Source: Mytilus edulis
Lineage: Eukaryota
Length of the DNA stretch: 64,000 nucleotides
NCBI RefSeq assembly: GCF_963676685.1
Contig: NC_092349.1
Location: 80,538,001-80,602,000, forward strand
Direction of reading: 5' to 3'
In this document: piece after piece, positions 38,358 through 52,350 of the stretch
Numbering within the stretch: position 1 is the first letter of the stretch
How the letters are laid out: every line of letters begins with the position of its first letter
Translations under genes and position numbers: made by a program
Notes under the pieces: generated by a model
What the model was told of the DNA's origin: nothing
Database searches by the model: none
Seen by the model: only the letters and a program-made list of their open reading frames with translations

Positions 38358-39431
38358 TATATATTTAAAAATATCAGGTTGCACATACTATATTTTCGTA
38401 TGCACAAAAAAGTTTTTTTTTTTATAAGATATAGAACCAATATTCGGGTAAGAAAAAGAAAAGCATATTTTAAATAGCATAGTTCTAAAGCATAACCGTA
38501 CCTTTATAAATGAGTAAGATCTGTTTGAATAGTTTTGGTATCAAATGAAAGTGAAAGGGCTTTTGATGACTGTAGAATACTTGTTCAAAGAATCTTTTAC
38601 AATAATAAACATCTAAAATTTAAATATGCTGGCACATTTTGATTGTTGCTCTGAACAGACAAACTTGTTTCACACAACGAAACATCCGCAGACCGTATAA
38701 GAATATATCATTTTTTTTTTAAACAGATCAGGATATAATCCGACAAAGATATGCTGTCATTTAAAAAAAAACTTAATACAAAATAGCTAAGAGTACCTAA
38801 CATTATGGAATGTAGCACAGGTGCGTATTCCATATTATACATAAGATATTCCCAAAAATAGGTTTAATAAGTTTCCACACCTTTTGTTTGGAAGCGTTGG
38901 GCCAATCGGGGTATTACACCATTCAGATAAGGATTGGCAAAAAATGATTTCAAACAGACTTTGAATCCAAAATACAGAAATAGAAAGAGGAACTAAAATG
39001 ACTATTTATTTAGATAATATTTAAACCTGTGCATTTTATAGGAATGTTTTATATCTACATTAAATATATAACTCCAATTTATAGAACCTACACTATGACG
39101 GAAGAATAAAGGTAGAATGATATTTCAGGTATTATTGACATATTATACCATGTATACGTGTTTAAAAGTAATCATTTATAAGGTACGTTGCGTGTGATTT
39201 GTGTGGTGTTTTTTTTTTTATTTTCTAATTTGAACTGTTCCTTCGTTTAGTTTTTATATTTTTGTTTACCTTGTACGTAAATCTAAAAATAAACCGGACA
39301 TGTAACATGTGTAAATAGGGCATGTTTTCTGTAAAAATATCGTTTGATCGATCATCTTTTGTGGAAGTTTGTATATTCTGAAGAAAAATTACTTTCGTCA
39401 TTGAAGGTAGCATAAACATGAAAACACTATT

Positions 39432-39457
39432 CCCCCCCCCCCCCCCCCCCCCCCCCC
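39432..39457. repeat. Poly-C tract (C26; G26 on the minus strand)
   Basis: Direct count. Confidence 0.95.
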
Positions 39458-40142
39458 ATCTAATTTTACTCTGAATAAGTAAAAATATTGCGAATACTAT
39501 TTCTCATTATTTTTAAAACTACTATAATATGCGTAATTTTATTTTGTTTTGTGACACCTGGTTTAGAAATTGTATGATTTGTCTGAGGTAATACCACAGT
39601 TGTTAGAATGGGTTTTTTGTCAAGAAAACTAAAATTTGGAAATGCAATCTACATATTTATTGATTCATCAATGACTAACAAGCTTTTATGTTTTTGGGAA
39701 ATATGATTTTCGTTTGTACTAGCTTACCATGCTTACCTACAAACCTTAACTATACGATCGATTTTGTATCAAACAACAGATACACTGGGATTTTATGTAA
39801 ACATTGATGAATTAGTAGCTTGTTTATGGAAAATTTTAAAACATAACGAAATACTTTCGATTGTGTTGGATAGACCTAGTATAAGCTTTGCTCATTGTTG
39901 AAGGCCGTACGGTGACCTATAGCTGTTAATGTTTGTGTCATTTTGGTCTTTTGTGGATAGTTGTCTCATTGGCAATCATACCACATCTTCTTTTTTATAT
40001 TAGATTCCAAACCGCTTTCAAAATATGAAATACTAGTATCGCAATTGCAACAATAAGAAAAGCTTTTACTTGTAACTTCACGATGATTTTCCCAACTTTT
40101 GCATATTTGCGAACTACATTATCCCATACTTCGGAATCGCTT

Positions 40143-40755
40143 TTAAAGTATCATTAGCTGTCAAAAGCGTGTACAGCGAAACATACTCATATTTTGTTTA
40201 TAACATTATCAAAATGTAAATTTAAATAACAATTTACATTGCATTGGCCTGATATATACATCAATATTTCATGTTTATTTGAGTCGAGACGTCATCTGAT
40301 TAAATATCAAGGTGACCTCCGTAGACTGCCGACAGTCATATTATCCTATATAAACATAAATATAGATATGAATAGCTATCAAACTCGTTCTTTTATATTT
40401 TTGTCAAGTTTTTATTTTATTTCATATTTTAGGTTAAAAGTGTAAATTAATCATCGTTTATTCTTATACAATTGATATTGACTTCTGTTTCGCTTTCAAT
40501 GTTGACAATTTCTTTTTTTTAATAACGGAACATGCTTTACATTTTTCTATCTAAGGGGTTGAATTAAAGGTCGCATGCATATGGATTCAATGAGGCCGAA
40601 TTATTCATTTGATAGTGACTTATTCATAATCAATGTTTCTTATTCTGTTTTGTCAAAATAGAAGCAAACCTGCTGCTCAAAACGATTTATAAATGAATTA
40701 AAAAAAAAAATCATATATCAATTTTGTTATATATCTCGTAGCTAATGGCTCTTTC
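40143..40755. mobile_element. Degenerate TTAA-type MITE (ttaaag..tagctgtcaaa ... gtagctaatggctcttt)
   Basis: Homologous to the element split at 59968-60212 / 61680-61810. Confidence 0.5.
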
Positions 40756-43700
40756 ATTCGGATTTTATTTTAGTTGAATACAGTCTTGTTTTCCTGGAAT
40801 CTGGAACACGTGTTGTCAATTATCATTCTGTATTTTACGTACGTCTTCTTTTCCAAAGGAGGTCTACTTTTTCGAATGTAATCTACTTGTTCCTATAAGT
40901 CATCTGTAAGTGTGGTATGTTGCATTGTCTACTTGGTTGCACCATCTTACTGATGCACAACCTAATACATGACAAATGGTACATATGCAACTATTAGTTC
41001 ACTAGCAATTTAATGGTAATGATACAAGTTGTAAGTAACGACCATGGACTGCTAGACTATATACCAGAAACGACCAATGGTTTTAATTTTAGGTACATCT
41101 TTTTCTCATTGATATATTTTCTATTTTTGTTTTGGTTTTAGAAACAGACTCTTTCAGATTAAGCTCACATATCTAAACATCGTTTGACAATGTTAAATGA
41201 TTTAGCCTTCATCGTTATTGCCTGGCGGCAAAAAAGGAATAAGTATATTCCTGTTCCTAGTATTATATTCATTTGTTGTTACTAAGACGGACAATCTTTA
41301 TATACATATCACATAGGTTAAATTATTAGGGAAAATAAAGGGAAACATAGCATAGAAATTTTGCTATTTTTTCTGTATGTGGGTCCATTACTACAGTTTT
41401 TTCTTTATTCTTTCGGATTTTTCTCTATGGATGTACTACTAATACGAGTTGCTTCTCTCATACACAACAATTTGACTATATCAGTACTCAAAACAAATTG
41501 GAAGTAATTTCAGTAGAATCGATCTAATTCGGAACGGTTTGAGTGGTGATCAAATTATTTTTTATGCTACATTTGCATTCTCATTGTAAAACAACCGAGT
41601 AAATTGCGGAATAAAACAACTGTTTATGTCAATAAATTGACTGAAATAAAAAAAAATTAAAAAGGTTATGAAGTTAAAAGAATATGTCTTAAAATGCTTT
41701 TTGAGACAAAAATCGACTCACATATCTACATCGTTACTAAATATACATTGTCAAGATCAACAACAGGATGAAAGAACTTAAAAATTGTGTTAAGTCTGTA
41801 TTACTAAGATTAATAAGTATCTGATAACATATAACATAACAGATGGTGGAAATAACAGTCACTATTTTTACAATCTATATTTGTACCAGGGAGTTTCTTC
41901 AAATATCACATGGTTTATTATTTTATTACCCCTACTTTATTAGTCTTACTCAAGGTATGTTTTCACTGTAGGGTAGTCACTTGCATTGATTAGCACATCC
42001 GAAACTTTCACTTGTTCTAGCAGCTACACTTGTAGGTAAGCTTTTTCTTCATAATCCTTTCTTCAATTTGCAGTCTTTATTTTTCTATGCTGTGTTTTGT
42101 GTAAGGTTGTTTGCCCGTTTGTCTTTGTATCCAAAGCTTTGGCAGTTTATTATTAAACTCATGAGTTTAGATGTCCCATTGGTATCTTTCTTTTCTCTTT
42201 TTTAAGAAGTTTGAGCTCTTATGAAGCTGTACATTTGTATTTTTCTTGATGACTTCATCCGCAGAGTACCCGCTTAGAGTATATCTATTTCAAGCTGTTA
42301 ACATATCGATATAACTGAATCTGAGTGTAGACAAAAAATGTGAAGTGGTCACTGTGGTCTGATACAATGATATGTTTAAGTAAACTAATATGATTAATTG
42401 ACGGGAATACAAGATTATTATTTTATATGATTGAAAATCAGTTCCGTCTAGAAGCCTGTCTATTACTCTTGTTTTTATCATGACCTTATATCGTTGATAT
42501 ATATGATTAGCCTAAAATGATGAAATGACCAATGTTTATATAATTGACAGAAGAAAGTGTTTCGAAAATTATTTGTATATATAAATTTAAATGGAAATCC
42601 AACAATAGAATAATTCGAACATAAATAACAGGATTAACAGCCATAAACATCGACGAGATACAAGGACTAGGACAAAGGTATTCATTCATTTGTTACTTCA
42701 CTTATGAACTATCATCTTTGTCCATTTTTATTGCATGTTTGGGTCTCTATTACATGCAATTTATATACAATGTTCACACATTTGTTTTGCACCTTTATTA
42801 AGATATTTCAAAAGAACCTTCACACCTAAATAAGTATAATCTACAAAATACTCATCATAGATAGTAGGATTGAAATGTATATTTGCGTTTCTATCAGTGA
42901 TGCTCGAATAAAAAAATTAAAAGGCAAAATGAAAGACAAGTTGAAGAGCATTTCGAACCCAAAAATTGGCTTTTTGAAGTCATAAGATTTAATAGGCATA
43001 TAAATAACATATTGTTATTTAAGATGTCTAACATTAACTTGCGTTTAAAACTCATCAAAGGTACGCAACGTATTCATGGGTTTAAGTTTACTAAAATTTT
43101 GAACTTGTGATCAGTTGTTGATCGTTATTTTTTTATAAGAAAGTAGAAAGTATTGAGTACCCATCCTTTGCCTATACTACAAGTCAAATAAGTACAACCA
43201 AAAAGAACTTCATCGTGATGAATCAGTATATGAACAGAACAAAACAGAATAAAGAAAACAACTATTGAAATAACGCATGCAAAAACAATATAGAATAATA
43301 CAAAAATGTATGAATGAATAATAAAATTGAGGAAGGCATATAAAGCTTGATTCGCAGACACGAATTACCAGATTTTGTGCATCCAACGTTCCGGTAACAA
43401 GTATGGTATGATGTGAGTTAGTAGTATACTGATCCCGTCCTTATTATATAAATGTTTGGAAGTGGAAAATTTAACGTGGATACGTATGGGGACCAATGAT
43501 AGGTGATTGTTTCAATTTTCAGTATACAAACATGTCTAAAATTGAGAGTGGTGTTGGACACATAAGACAAATTATCTCAAGAATAATCACTATAGCTTTA
43601 AAAATACAGTAGAGCATGCACAGCAGCACGGTGAAACTGTCTTCATACACGTTTAATTTTTTTTTAAATAGTCTAGAAAATTTATGAATTCAAATGAGCT

Positions 43701-44007
43701 GAAATTGATAGGTTGCACTATTTGAAAAGGGTTTAATAGGAACAGCTCTTTACAAATGACACATTTGAATGAGAGATAAAGATACCTGATTATCTGTGTT
43801 TTGTTATATCTTTGGGGTACTTTTCTCCTTGTAAGCATTATCAATTAACTGTCGTGCTAGCACAACTTCTGTCTTTCAGAGTTGAGTATTTGGGATCAAA
43901 TCTCCATTCATAAAGATAATGATATTGATTAGAATATGAGTTTATACTTTTTTGGACCCTTGCATATTTAGGGCAGTTAAACCCCAAATAGATTTCACTC
44001 TCATTAA

Positions 44008-44600
44008 GGTAGATCATAAGTAAATATTTTTTGAGACAGAATTTTCTTATACTAAGCCAGAATGAAGATTTTAATATGCTCTTTTCAAAAATATAATAAA
44101 AAGGAGGGGTCACCGTGCTATTTTTCAAGCTATGAGTCGTTGAAAATTGCCTAAATTTGGTAAGATTTTTCATGGAAAAACACATTTGTGTGCATAAAAA
44201 AAAATCTATGAGATAAAATTTTGAAATAAATTGTGAAAAGATAGGTTTTGTAATATGTTTTAAGAAAATAAAAAGAAAAAATGGTGTCACCGAACTTGTT
44301 TTCTTGCTACAAGTAAAAAGAAACAAATTCCTTATCTGTCCAGTATAATTTTTTTACTAAAAGAGTTATCTTCCCTTAAATGACTCATTTGAAAAAAATG
44401 ATTCTAAAAGCAAGAAAAATGATATTTGTTTAAATGTTTTGGATTATACAATAAATTGCCAAGTTTTCTTTATATTTTTGAACAGTCTATAACCATTCAA
44501 TTGCAAATCTGTCTTCAAATTTGCAGATTTAGGCAAATAACTAGACCGATTTTTTACTGTGATTGTTCAATCCAAGATGGCGGTATACAATGAATCTACC
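44008..44600. mobile_element. TTAA-flanked MITE (Kolobok-like)
   Basis: TTAA|GGTAGATCAT ... ATGAATCTACC|TTAA. Confidence 0.75.
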
Positions 44601-46569
44601 TTAAACAAAAGCAGATGTCACATACATAATGTATCTAAAGCCACCAGTTAATAGTCATTTTTTTCAACCTAGTATTGTTGATAATAGAGCAAACCTTTGG
44701 TAATTCATATTTTGTGAATCAGTCAGTTGTATAAAGAAGGGTAACTCTGTAATTTGTTCTTGGAAACCAAGTATACAAGAATACAGTACACAGTTCTTCT
44801 TGTTTGGAATACTATTCCATTGTAAAAATATATTTTCGGTTTTTCTAACTGTTCCACTAAACGTTCTACGCATAAAGATTCACTAATGTAGTTTAAAAAA
44901 AACTATGTTATTCCATACAGAAAATCACTGACAAATTATCCCTGTACAGTTAACCTAACAATAATTGTCCATGCCATCGGTTTGTATTTCGCATCGATAT
45001 CTCACTATGCAGAGACTATTGTTGCTTAAGCAGTATCTAGAAACCATAAAGATTTATCTCAATATTTGATATCAAGATAATTCTTAGATTCCGTATTTAT
45101 AGGTATTTAAAAAACTTTTGACCGAGAAAAAGTCAGGAATTTACTATGCGCAATTGTCGTTTGAATTAAAGGAAATGTGCTATTTATATCTTATTCATTA
45201 CATTTTTTTTTTACAAACATTGATTATGAAACAGGTTTAATTAATTAGATTCTACATACGAAAATACCCAAGTCAGGAATATAATACTCATTATCTTCGA
45301 TGTGTTTCTGTCGGTTTTAGTTTGTAACCCGGATTTGTTTTCTCTCAATCGATTTATGACTTTTGAACAGCAGTATACTACTTGTTGTCTTTATTTATCC
45401 ATCTGGTTGATATGTTATAAGCTTTCAATTTTGTCATTGCTTATGGACTTTCCGTTTTGAATTTTCATCGGAGTTCGTTATTTTTGTTATTTTGGTTTTT
45501 AATATTACTGGTATTCAAACATTTCCAACTTTACCAATAAGGGAAGGATTTCTGGGTATTGAAAAATTATCAGAATTTTGATGAACTTATTATAAATTTA
45601 TAAGGAAATGACTACTACCATAACATATAAATGCTACACTTGCCACTTCCTTTAAGAATAATGACAATATAAGTGGTCATCTTTATATATCGCTACTGCT
45701 ACTCTTAAATAAGAAAGATGAACAGGAAAATGAAACTTTAAAATGTTTAAAGGAATGTCTTGGCAGGAATAGTTAATATTGATTCTCCCGGAATTAGTAC
45801 TTTTATTTATGCTAGACCTGTTATAATTGTATTTACAAGAAATGAATATACTTATTACAAATGCCTCATCCTTAACTAGGATAACACAATGTAGTGTTGA
45901 CGTTTAGAATCTGAATGAAAATAATCATAATTATAGGAAAAACAATGTTTAAGTACATGCTGAACTTACAAATTGAGCATGTAACAGAAAAAAGTGTACG
46001 GTATCGAAAACGAAGTGTGACGGTTCCTCTTGCGATTATAGGTAAATGTATGTTATTGATAATACATATCTACATTGATACATTTTCTCTGCTGCTAATA
46101 CCAAAAATTATAACTAATTAAATTAGGTCCTGACGTTTTCATCAGAAGTGAAATTTCCAAGACTTTTGTTAATTTCAAGCTAAGCTGTGTTTTTTTCATC
46201 AATTACACCTTTTTTAAACTCATTTGTATAAGCATCCACATAATTTACCAGACTATGTGAATAAAAGTATCACGGACATTAATAAAGTGAAAAACTTTTT
46301 AAAAGGAAACTTACGAATTAAATTTACTCCAATATATGTCAAACGTCAAGAGGATGTTTTTGATCTGATAATGAACAAAGTTTAACTTTGGATGCTTATA
46401 AGTAGAAAAGTACGATACCACAGCGTCTTTTAGAGGACAACCAGAATATGAGTCAGTGGTTACAATAGCACAGCAATGTTTAATACCAAATGAAAGCACT
46501 GTTCACAAATTTACATATTTGGTCTTGTGTACTAGTGTAACGGAAACTGCTTACTTTCCTGGAAAATCC

Positions 46570-47045
46570 AAGGTTTGTTTATTAAACAATCGCTATTTCA
46601 AACGAACCTAGCTGTACTGCTCTTCTTGTCGACGTGTTTCTTTTTCATATCAGAAAGATTTTAATCAAGAGGATCTGAGGGATAATACAAAAAGGTAGTA
46701 TATTCGCCTATATCTATATTTTTACAACGAGTGTTGATTGATTAACAATCTATACAACAAAAGAGATGATTTCAGCTTCCAAATTAAGGCAATTAAAAAC
46801 TTTCCATTTCTGTCACAATTAGGCAGCTCCTGGATATATAGAATAAATATGTACCAGTTAAAACGGTATTTCAGAGCAACAATTCCTATCATAAATTCCT
46901 TAATAGAAATCTGCTGCTGACAAGTATAACAAAGGGTTTCAAGTGGTAAAGTCAATCATTAAAAAGTTTACAGACGCCATCATGGTTTGGTTGACGGTTT
47001 CGAAAAGTCAGTGTCACAGATGACGATAGGTATTTTCCCACTGTC
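46570..47045 (+). mobile_element. Penelope-like RT relic
   Basis: LYNKRDDFSF..NFPFLS and downstream agacgccatcatggtttggttgac (RHHGLVD), collinear with 24999-26486. Confidence 0.65.
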
Positions 47046-50000
47046 TTTTAAGGCACGGTTGACATCAAAACTTTGGAAAGTCCATATACGTTTCAAAGCA
47101 TAAAACAGTTATGGTCCAAACAAAGAACCATACATGTGTATGTAAAACTTTGTCTGAAGGGATTTTAGTACACAGTAGTTAAACTAGAAAATGCAAATGA
47201 AACTTTCTACATTTGATGCGTTCTAAGCACTTTTCTGTAGTTACTTTCCTCCATAATGCTCCAACCCAGAATAAAACAAAGGTTTATAAGACAAGAACAC
47301 AAGAAATTCTACAAGGGAGTTTAAAAAGAGCAAAATGCATTTAATGTGAAACTTTCCTGTTGGAGTATTTTTTTTTATTTATCAACGTACAATTTATTGG
47401 AAACTTTGCTGTATATTTAAACCGAAGCACTCCCTACTAAGTCCATCTAATGTATGCTTTTATCCAAATAATGTGTTTTTTAAATATTTTTTGGAAAATA
47501 AGTAGGACAATTACTTCGGAGATTGTATATTTTATTATCAAAGGTTGTCCAATTATTTTTTTTGTGTATATAATACACTGACTACAACCTCTACATTCAC
47601 ACAGTGACAAATAATATAAGTGGAAAAGATATCAGAAGAAGAAAAAACTAAGAAATAGTGTTAATAGGGTTATTACGGCGAATTTATATTGATGTTATCA
47701 TGTGTTACAGTAAAGTGTGCATGGGAAATAACCGTTTCTATTTTTACTCATCTCATGTTATATATGTAGTAGGGAATTTCCTCTTACATAACAATGTGGC
47801 TTCTGTGATAACAGCTGGTTTGAAAGATATAATTATATTCATATCATTCAAGCTACATTTTAAGGTACGTTGTCTACAGTTGTTTTTCGTCATTAACTGC
47901 CTCATCATAAACCTTCAAAAATAGACACTAAGGTAAAACGATGTAACACAATCGATATTCCAAGATGTCAGAATGTGTATCAATGATTGGCAGTGTTTCT
48001 TTCTTGATAAATATTTCCAGCACTCCCCCTTGTTTATCCATTTCCATTTGCATATCAAAATATTAGTGTAGACATGAAATGATATCAATGATGTGTATCT
48101 GTATATGTTGTCCATTCGTTTTTGATGTGTTTTGTCATCAGATTTTGCCATGTGAGTAGGGACATTCCGATTTGATTTTCCTCTGAGTTCAGTATTTTTG
48201 TGAGTTTACTTTTTTATAGTTTGTTGACAGATACTAAGACATTTTGATCTGATCTAATATGGAAATTGGCTATTATTTTTATGTTCCTTTTGGTCACATT
48301 GCTCCTAACGTTTCTACATATTTTTACATCGATGGCCTTCAAACCTGATGATATGTGCATTATTTACGATCGGACTCACAGGATGTATAAAGTGTTGTTA
48401 TCATGGTTTTGAGAGATAAATACCACTAAATCTGCCGTCAGGTTTTGATTTAAGCTTGGTATAGTGAAAAAGACTCATCAAAGATGGTGGGTCTCAATTG
48501 TGTACGCCAGATTCACGTTTCATCTGCAAAAGGTTTAATATAGAACAAATTTGAAGAGCATTGAGCAAAAGCCATAATCCTTCTGTTCTTATCATCATAA
48601 TTGTAACATCACCAAAAAGCGACATATCAACGACTTTTGTCACTACTTACCATGCATTCTAGACCACCTCTAACGAACACATATTTCTTTGTTAGTGTAA
48701 ATGTTGCTCAATCTTCAGTATTCTGTGTAGTGTTTTGTAGACTGTTATTTGTCTTTTCTTCTTTTCTAAAAGAGGTTTTCCATATTAGGCTTCCCTACCC
48801 TTTATATCAGCTTTTCTTATTTAAAACTTATCTAAAGAAAAAAAGCTAGAATTTAGTCACTTCAAATGGCATGAAATCTCTGGTGATAGATCCTATAGAT
48901 TTACAGAAAGCATTGCAAATGACTACTGGTTTTTAATTTAAAATTCAATTTATAATTCACACTATGATTGATCATGTTATAATGGCTAATTTTGTTTTTT
49001 TCTTTGCAGCGTACAGGAGTTCATCGTTGTGTCAATGGTGTATAGCCAACAATATCTAGCTTGTGGTGCATTACTATGCAGCGGTAAATATAACACCATA
49101 TTGTCACCTCGTTGAAAGTATATTTGTTTGACTTGTCTATCATACCAAACTTCCCTTTCACCTTGCGCTTAACATAATCTTAATTTGGTTATTTCCAAGA
49201 CTTTATATATTTCTCTCTAAATTTCAATGGATAAGTTAACGATTTTGTTGTTTCAGGTGCATCATCTAACTACAATTTTGCCAATCAACACAATTAATTG
49301 TTCAAAAACGAGTTTAAATGGACTCAAAGATCAATATATAAATTCCCTAACAACAATCAAAGGCAAAGAACAGTAAATTCAGAAATGTTTGCAAATATTT
49401 TATTATTATTAATTCCGATAATGGAACTTGCATTTCACATAATCTCAAACGCATCTGGCTGATAAATTTCAGACAAAAACTTAAACTGTGATCAGACTTC
49501 ACAGACTCACAAGTCTGATTTAATTGAAAAATTGAACCAACGCTTAACGTATATAATGTACTAGTAGCCCAAATATTTCTAGTTGGGATAGACATCGGAA
49601 TTCTGGTTGAAGCATATTCTAAAATATGCATAATGTTGACTAGCCTTCAGAAACCAAAACTGTCTCAAATCGGTACGTTTGGTCTATATTGGGTTTTTTT
49701 CAGTCGTTTTTGTACTTCGTATCGATCTAATGAGTCACACCCTTTTCATAATATTTGTATAGTATGTTTTATGTTAGGCTATTACAACACTATCCCTATT
49801 ATTACAACTCTGTCCTCAATGCTTTGTACTTGTTTTTGCTTTCGAACTTTTTTCATCTGAGCCTCCCCGTTGGTCTTGTGTGTACGAAACACGCGTCTTG
49901 CGTATTAAATTTTAAACCTGGTACCTTTTGTTAGCTATTGTTCGTGTGTTTCTCTGTCCTATATGTTCGCTCATTTATTTGTATTGTAGTCCTGTCATGT

Positions 50001-50509
50001 AATATTGTCATTTTAATGTTATATTTAACATTGCCATAAAAGCGGGAGGTTTTGCATGCCCCAAAACCAGGTTCATCCTACCATTTTTATTCTTAAAATG
50101 TCCTGTACCAAGTCACAAAAAAGCCATTATATCATAGGTCTTTTCTGTGTGTGTTACATTTTAATGTTGTGTTTCTGTTGTGTCGTAGTTCTCCTCTTAT
50201 ATTTGATGTGTTTCCCTCAGTTTAATTTTGTAATCCGGATTTGTTTGTTTTTTCTGAATCGATTGATGAATTTAGTACAGCGGTATACTACTGTTGCTTT
50301 TATTGATTTAGACCGAAACAAGGAATCTGCCAACACGTATTGCATGTGCCATTTCCAAGTCAGTAACCAGTAATTCAGATGTTATCGTTTGTTTTGTATA
50401 TTTATCAGGCCATTGGTATTCTCTTCTAAATTGTTTTACATTTTGTCATGTCGATGCATGTTATACTAACAATATTAACGGTATCAATTGCTCAGTTGCA
50501 GAAGTTCTA

Positions 50510-50975
50510 TTCGACTTGTTTTTGTACTCATAAAATTTGAAGCAGAATTCCTACAGAACCTTTTTACAGACAAAGGGAAAACATCTCTAAGTTATTTGAC
50601 TGCACTTTAAAATGTATTGGTGATGTTTTTTCAGTCAATAGTCCATATTTCAATGATCCCATACATCTTAAGTACCCTTGTGAACTTGAGTTAAATGATT
50701 TAACGGAGAGTATAATGATCTGCATCATACCTTGATCCTTTCCTCGATATTGACAAAGATTGACAACTTCAAAGTATAATCTATAACAAACGTGATGATT
50801 TTATTTTTCTGATTGTCAACTACTCAATTCTTAGCAGAAACAAACTCTCTAGACCATTGTATGGAGTTTACGTATCGCAATTAATACATAACGCTGGTAT
50901 ATATAAACACAATATGATTTTGATTTCATTAACAGGAGTTTGCTCTACAAAATACTGCTCCAACAGAAATACAAC
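50510..50975 (+). mobile_element. Penelope-like RT relic
   Basis: gacttgtttttgtactca (DLFLYS), tatctataacaaacgtgatgatttt (YNKRDDF), tatggagtttacgtatcgcaattaata (YGVYVSQLI). Confidence 0.65.
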
Positions 50976-51939
50976 TGACATCATGTTTACTATTGCGACA
51001 ATTTGACTAGAGTGTGAATTCCAATTTTAAGCTATGAATGCAAAGCACTCATATCCTGTAGACGCACATGGTCTCGCTCCTTTTGGAATTCATGCGACTT
51101 CTATGGTTTTTATTCGTCACGTTGATTTTCGTTACGAGATTTGAGCATCTGTAACCTAACCTTCTGTCACTTTAACTGGATGGGCAAGCACTACATGTAT
51201 CTTCTTGTTTTGGTTTCTTATCATTTGACTTGATTGACAGGATCTATTGCATTATTTACTACTAGTATCATGTTTTAATTTTGATCAAAAGTAATGATCT
51301 ATAATTTTTCTGACAAGTTTCATTTACTATTAAATGACCCACCAATTATACTTTAAGTCATGAACTTGAAATGTCTTTTCTGTATATTTTTGTGGGTACA
51401 ATTATCAGTCTGCAGGGACATCAGTGGTCTCCATTTTCTCATCTTAATTCCTGACTTCTTATAACAACATACATATAATATATCAACCTCAGTTTCATGA
51501 TCTGCTTGCTAAGTATAACGGATAGTTTTTTTTATCATTTTCTTGAGCTGTTTTAAGTTTTTCGTAAGCCAATAAGTGTTTCCGATAAATTCAATTAAGC
51601 ATGAGAAGTTTCAAGTTTGCTTTCATTGTTACGTATTGTCATAGCACGAGAGAAAAAAATCCCGCACCCAGAGCCGTGCTTCAACTGGCCCCTAAACAAA
51701 AATGTGTACTAATGAATGAATAAATGAATGAATTTTTTTTCAAAAAGAATTACACGTTATGGCAAACAAAACATATATTACATATATGACACAATGATAA
51801 ACAGCAGAAATCAACAAACATGATACAATGTTAAGTACTAAAAGATGGGTGAAAGATACAAGAGGGAAGTCATACTCTTAGATCGAAAACAAAAACTCTA
51901 ATTTGACAACTCATTGTCCATGCTGCCTTTAGCATAATT

Positions 51940-52350
51940 ACATTATTTCATAGTCAGAGCTTTATTGGCAGATACACAAATGATCTAGTTTATAAATATT
52001 TGACCAAGAATACAAGTATTTTGGTAAAGAATGTAACCTTACATATCTGTATATACAGAACAAACTAAAACAAAATGATGTTCTTCTGCAACAACGTTCA
52101 TATTACAACAAAGAAATAATCATAATAATCTTGGAGTAATGGTATATCTACCAACTTCGATATTTAATTGAAGTGTCCGACTATGTAGTTTTTCAAGTAA
52201 TTGAACATCACAAAATAAATTTAAGTAATTATCAAGACAAAAATCTGTCTGAATTCTTTGATGCATACAAAGTTTTTCACATTCAGATAAAGATGCTGAC
52301 CACTCTTGTAAAACTTTATCATTAATACGTTTTTTTACAATATCAAACCT
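51940..52350 (-). mobile_element. RTE-X-like LINE 3' fragment, inserted in a copy of the 58730-59263 repeat
   Basis: Minus strand VKKRINDKVLQEWSASL, QLNIEVGRYT (52141-52170), EEHHFVLVC = C-terminal Cys/His motif; host pieces at ~51655-51710 and ~52398-52541. Confidence 0.6.

Noticed and set aside
43841-44326. 161-aa ORF (and similar 60-125-aa AT-rich ORFs, e.g. 63513..63887)
   Set aside because: They lie in or across non-coding MITEs; the F/I/K/L-biased composition is typical of random AT-rich frames.
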